This document shows positions 48,968-52,008 of a DNA stretch of 52,008 bases, one piece after another. A model generated the notes under the pieces. It was given only the letters and a program-made list of their open reading frames with translations, had not been told where the DNA came from and made no database searches. A program made the position numbers and the translations under genes. Location: contig JBGPGO010000022.1 in assembly GCA_041483895.1 (NCBI GenBank), forward strand, positions 1 to 52,008. Direction: 5' to 3'. Origin of the DNA: Fimbriimonadia bacterium. GTDB lineage: Bacteria; Armatimonadota; Fimbriimonadia; Fimbriimonadales; JABRVX01. Each line of letters opens with the position of its first letter. Within the stretch, counting starts at the first letter, position 1.

Positions 48968-49630
48968 TTATCGTTTGCGGCGCGCAAATCCCACTAATGC
49001 GGCGAGGCCGCCTGCCAGCGCCGCCGCTGTCTGTGGTTCCGGTACGGCGGCGACGGTTGCATAGAAACTGCCTGCAGGCTGTCCGCCGAACCAATACCGC
49101 CCGCCTTGCCCGAGCCAAAACCCGTCGAGGCTGGATCCAATCTGCGGTTGACCGGCGGCGAGCCATCCTGCCGTACCGCGGCTGAAGGAGACTTGCATCA
49201 CAAGGTCCTGCCCGGAGTTGAATTCATATCCGGTCCCGGTCAAGTCGGTAGTGACCACGAACGCCGTCTTCGAATCCGTCATAAGACCGGCATAGCCAAA
49301 CGACGCGAGGGCAGGACCTCCTGCCGAAGAAAAAAAGCTCAGTGATGCGTCCACTTGACCGAATGGTCCAGAATCATAGTAGGCGAACGAAAAGCCCGTA
49401 ATCTTCCCGCCCTTTGACAGGTGCAGATCGTCCGCGACGGCGACCCCAGCGCCCGCCGGCAGGTAGTACCCGGTTAGTAGCGTGTTGACATATACGGCCT
49501 CACCGGACTGAATATTTTCTGATCCGGAAATGAACTGGGCGAAATGGGTCTGCGTCGGAGAGATCAATATCTGCGCGAACGTGGAACCCGCAAATAAGAT
49601 CAGGTTGATGATGAGAATCGGTCGCTTCAT
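48968..49630 (-). CDS. PEP-CTERM sorting domain protein
   Basis: Signal peptide MKRPILII..; VPEPQT-TM-RRKR tail. Confidence 0.92.
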   Translation of the reverse strand: MKRPILIINLILFAGSTFAQILISPTQTHFAQFISGSENIQSGEAVYVNTLLTGYYLPAGAGVAVADDLHLSKGGKITGFSFAYYDSGPFGQVDASLSFFSSAGGPALASFGYAGLMTDSKTAFVVTTDLTGTGYEFNSGQDLVMQVSFSRGTAGWLAAGQPQIGSSLDGFWLGQGGRYWFGGQPAGSFYATVAAVPEPQTAAALAGGLAALVGFARRKR

Positions 49631-49676
49631 TGTTTGCCCCCTGCGCCCTTCCGAGGCGCTTTCACTTACGTAGGCG

Positions 49677-49692
49677 GCAACCTGCGTGCCAA
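49677..49692 (-). promoter_or_regulatory. Sigma-54 (-24/-12) promoter
   Basis: TTGGCACGCAGGTTGC, a perfect TGGCAC-N5-TTGC, 46 nt upstream of ATG 49630. Confidence 0.75.
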
Positions 49693-49721
49693 ATCGCAAT
49701 GCGACAGGGAAATTGTGCCGG

Positions 49722-50720
49722 TTACTTGAGGCTATCGGCGATAGACCGGATCTGATCGACAGGCAGACGGCCCATCACAACCGCAAAAATATCATCCACC
49801 TGGCGACTCACCATTTGGAAATCCGCCGCCTTATGCTTTGCGATCTGCTCGCGTGGCAGATTGCCTCGCACTTCGAAGATCGAAACCGGCACCATCGCGG
49901 TGCTATCCTCAAACACGAGATGAGCGCCACGATTCGGCCCGACCTGGAAAATCTTGGCTCCGACGAGCGTGTAGCCGGCAGGCATACGGGGCTTCAGAAT
50001 CCGAAAATCCAGTTCCCGCTGAACCTCTTCCACAGGCTGATATTCGTCATGAACGATCTTGGCCCCATTCTTGACAATCTCGAAATCCTGATCGTCGACC
50101 TTGACGTCGAAATCGATGGTCGCAATCTCAAACCCTCCGATGACCCGCTTATCATTCGTAGGATCATAAATCTCCTGCTTGAGGAGAAGAAACTTCTCCG
50201 AATCCACGCCCAGAGTCCATACCAGCATGTCGTCTTTGCGGCGAATTTCGTAGTTGCGGCATTCTCGACCGGCAATGCGGCTGGTTCCGGCGGCTTTTAC
50301 TCGCAGGTCGCCTTTTCGAATCCCTTCGAGAACTCGCGGGAACTGGCCCGTCAGTCGCTCCTGCCGCCGCGCCGGTCCCTCAAAGATCGTATTCTTGCGA
50401 GGCACCCAATGCTTTCGCATCCGTCCGTTCTCCACAACGACCTCGCCATGCCTGGGATCGTCGCGGTCGGGAAACTCAACGCGAGACCGGGTGCCGTCCC
50501 GCAACACCTGCTCGACCCGATTGTGCCGCTTGCCGTCCTGGATGCTAAACGTCTTGCGAGTGGCGGAATATCGGGCGGACATTTCCGATCGGATAAGGCG
50601 GGGGAAGAACCGCGCTTCCGACGGCAGATTGTCGAGACCATGCTGGCGCTCGCCTCTTTGGGCGACGCCAGCCTGGACCAAGGCGGAAATGGCGAGTAGA
50701 GAGATGCCAATTCTGTTCAC
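49722..50720 (-). CDS. MucB/RseB-like periplasmic regulator (LolA-like fold)
   Basis: Signal peptide, IAGREC..WTLGVDSEKFLLLKQE, PRMPAGYTL; follows the anti-sigma gene. Confidence 0.75.
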   Translation of the reverse strand: MNRIGISLLAISALVQAGVAQRGERQHGLDNLPSEARFFPRLIRSEMSARYSATRKTFSIQDGKRHNRVEQVLRDGTRSRVEFPDRDDPRHGEVVVENGRMRKHWVPRKNTIFEGPARRQERLTGQFPRVLEGIRKGDLRVKAAGTSRIAGRECRNYEIRRKDDMLVWTLGVDSEKFLLLKQEIYDPTNDKRVIGGFEIATIDFDVKVDDQDFEIVKNGAKIVHDEYQPVEEVQRELDFRILKPRMPAGYTLVGAKIFQVGPNRGAHLVFEDSTAMVPVSIFEVRGNLPREQIAKHKAADFQMVSRQVDDIFAVVMGRLPVDQIRSIADSLK

Positions 50721-50723
50721 AGG

Positions 50724-51230
50724 CTACATCCCCTCGACGCTGTATAGGTCACCGTACTCGTCTTTCGCCGGCTTCTCAGAAGCGGCGGGGATGGCAGCGG
50801 TCGGCGAATCGGCCGGCACCACGTAGGCCAAGTTCGTTTCCGTGTGCAATTTCGTCATCGTGTCGAAAGTTGCATCGGCCTCGAGCATCGGCACCGCATC
50901 AGCAGAATCTCTGGGAACGAAGATCAAGACGCCCAAGGCCGCGGCCACCACCGCTCCGACCGTTAGCGCGTTTCTCATCGTCAAAGCCGCCTGCAATCGA
51001 ACAAGGAGACCAGGCTTCGGCTGCGATTCCAAAGTTCGCATGACGCGCTCCCGGAACCCCACCGGTGCGGCATCGCCAAGCTCCGCAAAACTCAGGGCCG
51101 CCTGAGACAACTGTTCCACTCGCGCAAGGCAGGATTCACACTTCCCCAAGTGCTTCGCAACCCATTCGGCGCGATCGCAGCGGCCACTTACGAAATCTTC
51201 CAAATACGGTGTAATTTTTTCGCAACTCAT
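50724..51230 (-). CDS. Anti-sigma factor (zinc-binding ZAS domain, one TM)
   Basis: HLGKCESC (HxxxCxxC); single TM; coupled to the ECF sigma gene. Confidence 0.85.
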   Translation of the reverse strand: MSCEKITPYLEDFVSGRCDRAEWVAKHLGKCESCLARVEQLSQAALSFAELGDAAPVGFRERVMRTLESQPKPGLLVRLQAALTMRNALTVGAVVAAALGVLIFVPRDSADAVPMLEADATFDTMTKLHTETNLAYVVPADSPTAAIPAASEKPAKDEYGDLYSVEGM

Positions 51231-51874
51231 ACGTTTGCATCCCCATTTAGATACCGGCGAAGCGCCTTTTGCAATTGGCCCCTCGCTAAGAACAGACGCG
51301 ACTTCACAGTCCCCACAGGCAATCGCAAGGTCTCGGCGATTTCCTGATACGATAAATTGTTCATGTCGTGGAGCAAAAGAACGCTCCTCAATTTGTCGGA
51401 AAGGTTCTGGACAGCAATCGCGAGCACCGTCCGCATCTCCCCCGCGATGACCGATTGGTGCGGATCGAACCGCTCATCCGGCACATCCAACTGATGATCT
51501 TCCTCGTTCATCTGCTGGGTCATCGACAGGGCGTCGATCCGTCGGGATTTCTTTCGAGAATAGTCCACGCATAGGTTCGAGGCGATGCGGAACAGCCACG
51601 TGCTGAGGCTGGCGCGCCCGTCAAAGCTCCGAATCCCTTGGAATGCCTTGACGAACACCTCTTGGGCTACGTCCTCGGCATCTCCCGGATCCCGCACCAT
51701 TCGCCGCACAAAGCTATATATCCGGTCCTGGTAGCGGCTTACAATCGCGTCAAAAGCCGCGACTTCGTTTGCCTGGCACCGGCGAATTAAGGCCGCTTCT
51801 ACCGCCTGTTCAGCGGGCACGGTCTCCGCCAAGGGCAGAACTCCTTGATAGATTAATGCGGTTTCCCCGTTCAT
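51227..51874 (-). CDS. ECF RNA polymerase sigma factor (RpoE/SigW-like)
   Basis: DAEDVAQEVF, STWLFRIASN, LSYQEIAETL..GTVKSRLFLAR. Confidence 0.95.
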   Translation of the reverse strand: MNGETALIYQGVLPLAETVPAEQAVEAALIRRCQANEVAAFDAIVSRYQDRIYSFVRRMVRDPGDAEDVAQEVFVKAFQGIRSFDGRASLSTWLFRIASNLCVDYSRKKSRRIDALSMTQQMNEEDHQLDVPDERFDPHQSVIAGEMRTVLAIAVQNLSDKLRSVLLLHDMNNLSYQEIAETLRLPVGTVKSRLFLARGQLQKALRRYLNGDANV

Positions 51875-52008
51875 CTCTGCTTTTTCTGACGTTCGCCGCT
51901 CGGCGATGTTCAGTGAGCAGGACCTCAGAAGTGTACCGGCTTGACATCATCTTCATGTAGACGCGGGCCGTCTTACCGCTACCCTTCCAGTTACAACTAC
52001 CTAGGGCC

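Noticed and set aside
51875..52008. Autoregulatory ECF promoter upstream of the sigma gene
   Set aside because: CGTCTA is present on the minus strand but there is no AAC-type -35 at suitable spacing.

Overview
GC-rich bacterial chromosomal window. Gene content suggests Armatimonadota/Fimbriimonadia (PEP-CTERM proteins, dockerin-like C-terminal domains, ARC proteasomal ATPase); this assignment is inferred, not proven. Left to right: the 3' end of an IS110 element that ends at the stop codon of a ~13.7 kb minus-strand MoxR/DUF58/VWA/ABC operon; an AAA+PIN-like gene pair; a nucleotide-sugar dehydrogenase and a GT4 glycosyltransferase; two secreted proteins sharing a dockerin-like tail; three PilZ genes; an HlyD/ABC exporter; a repeat hotspot around a RibD-C gene and arc; PBP1A, mrdA, moeA, DUF4838, PIG-L and leuS; a DUF433/PIN toxin-antitoxin pair; a presenilin/SPP-like membrane protein; three PEP-CTERM paralogs, two with sigma-54 promoters; and an ECF sigma/anti-sigma/RseB triad. 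The most striking signal is in the MoxR operon. Two ORFs (8619-7144 and 7131-6781) are in frame across a single TGA that forms a U-x-x-C motif and is followed by a bacterial-SECIS-like hairpin, making it a candidate new selenoprotein. Also notable: short repeat families appear inserted in frame inside housekeeping proteins. All calls come from reading motifs by eye; no database searches were run.
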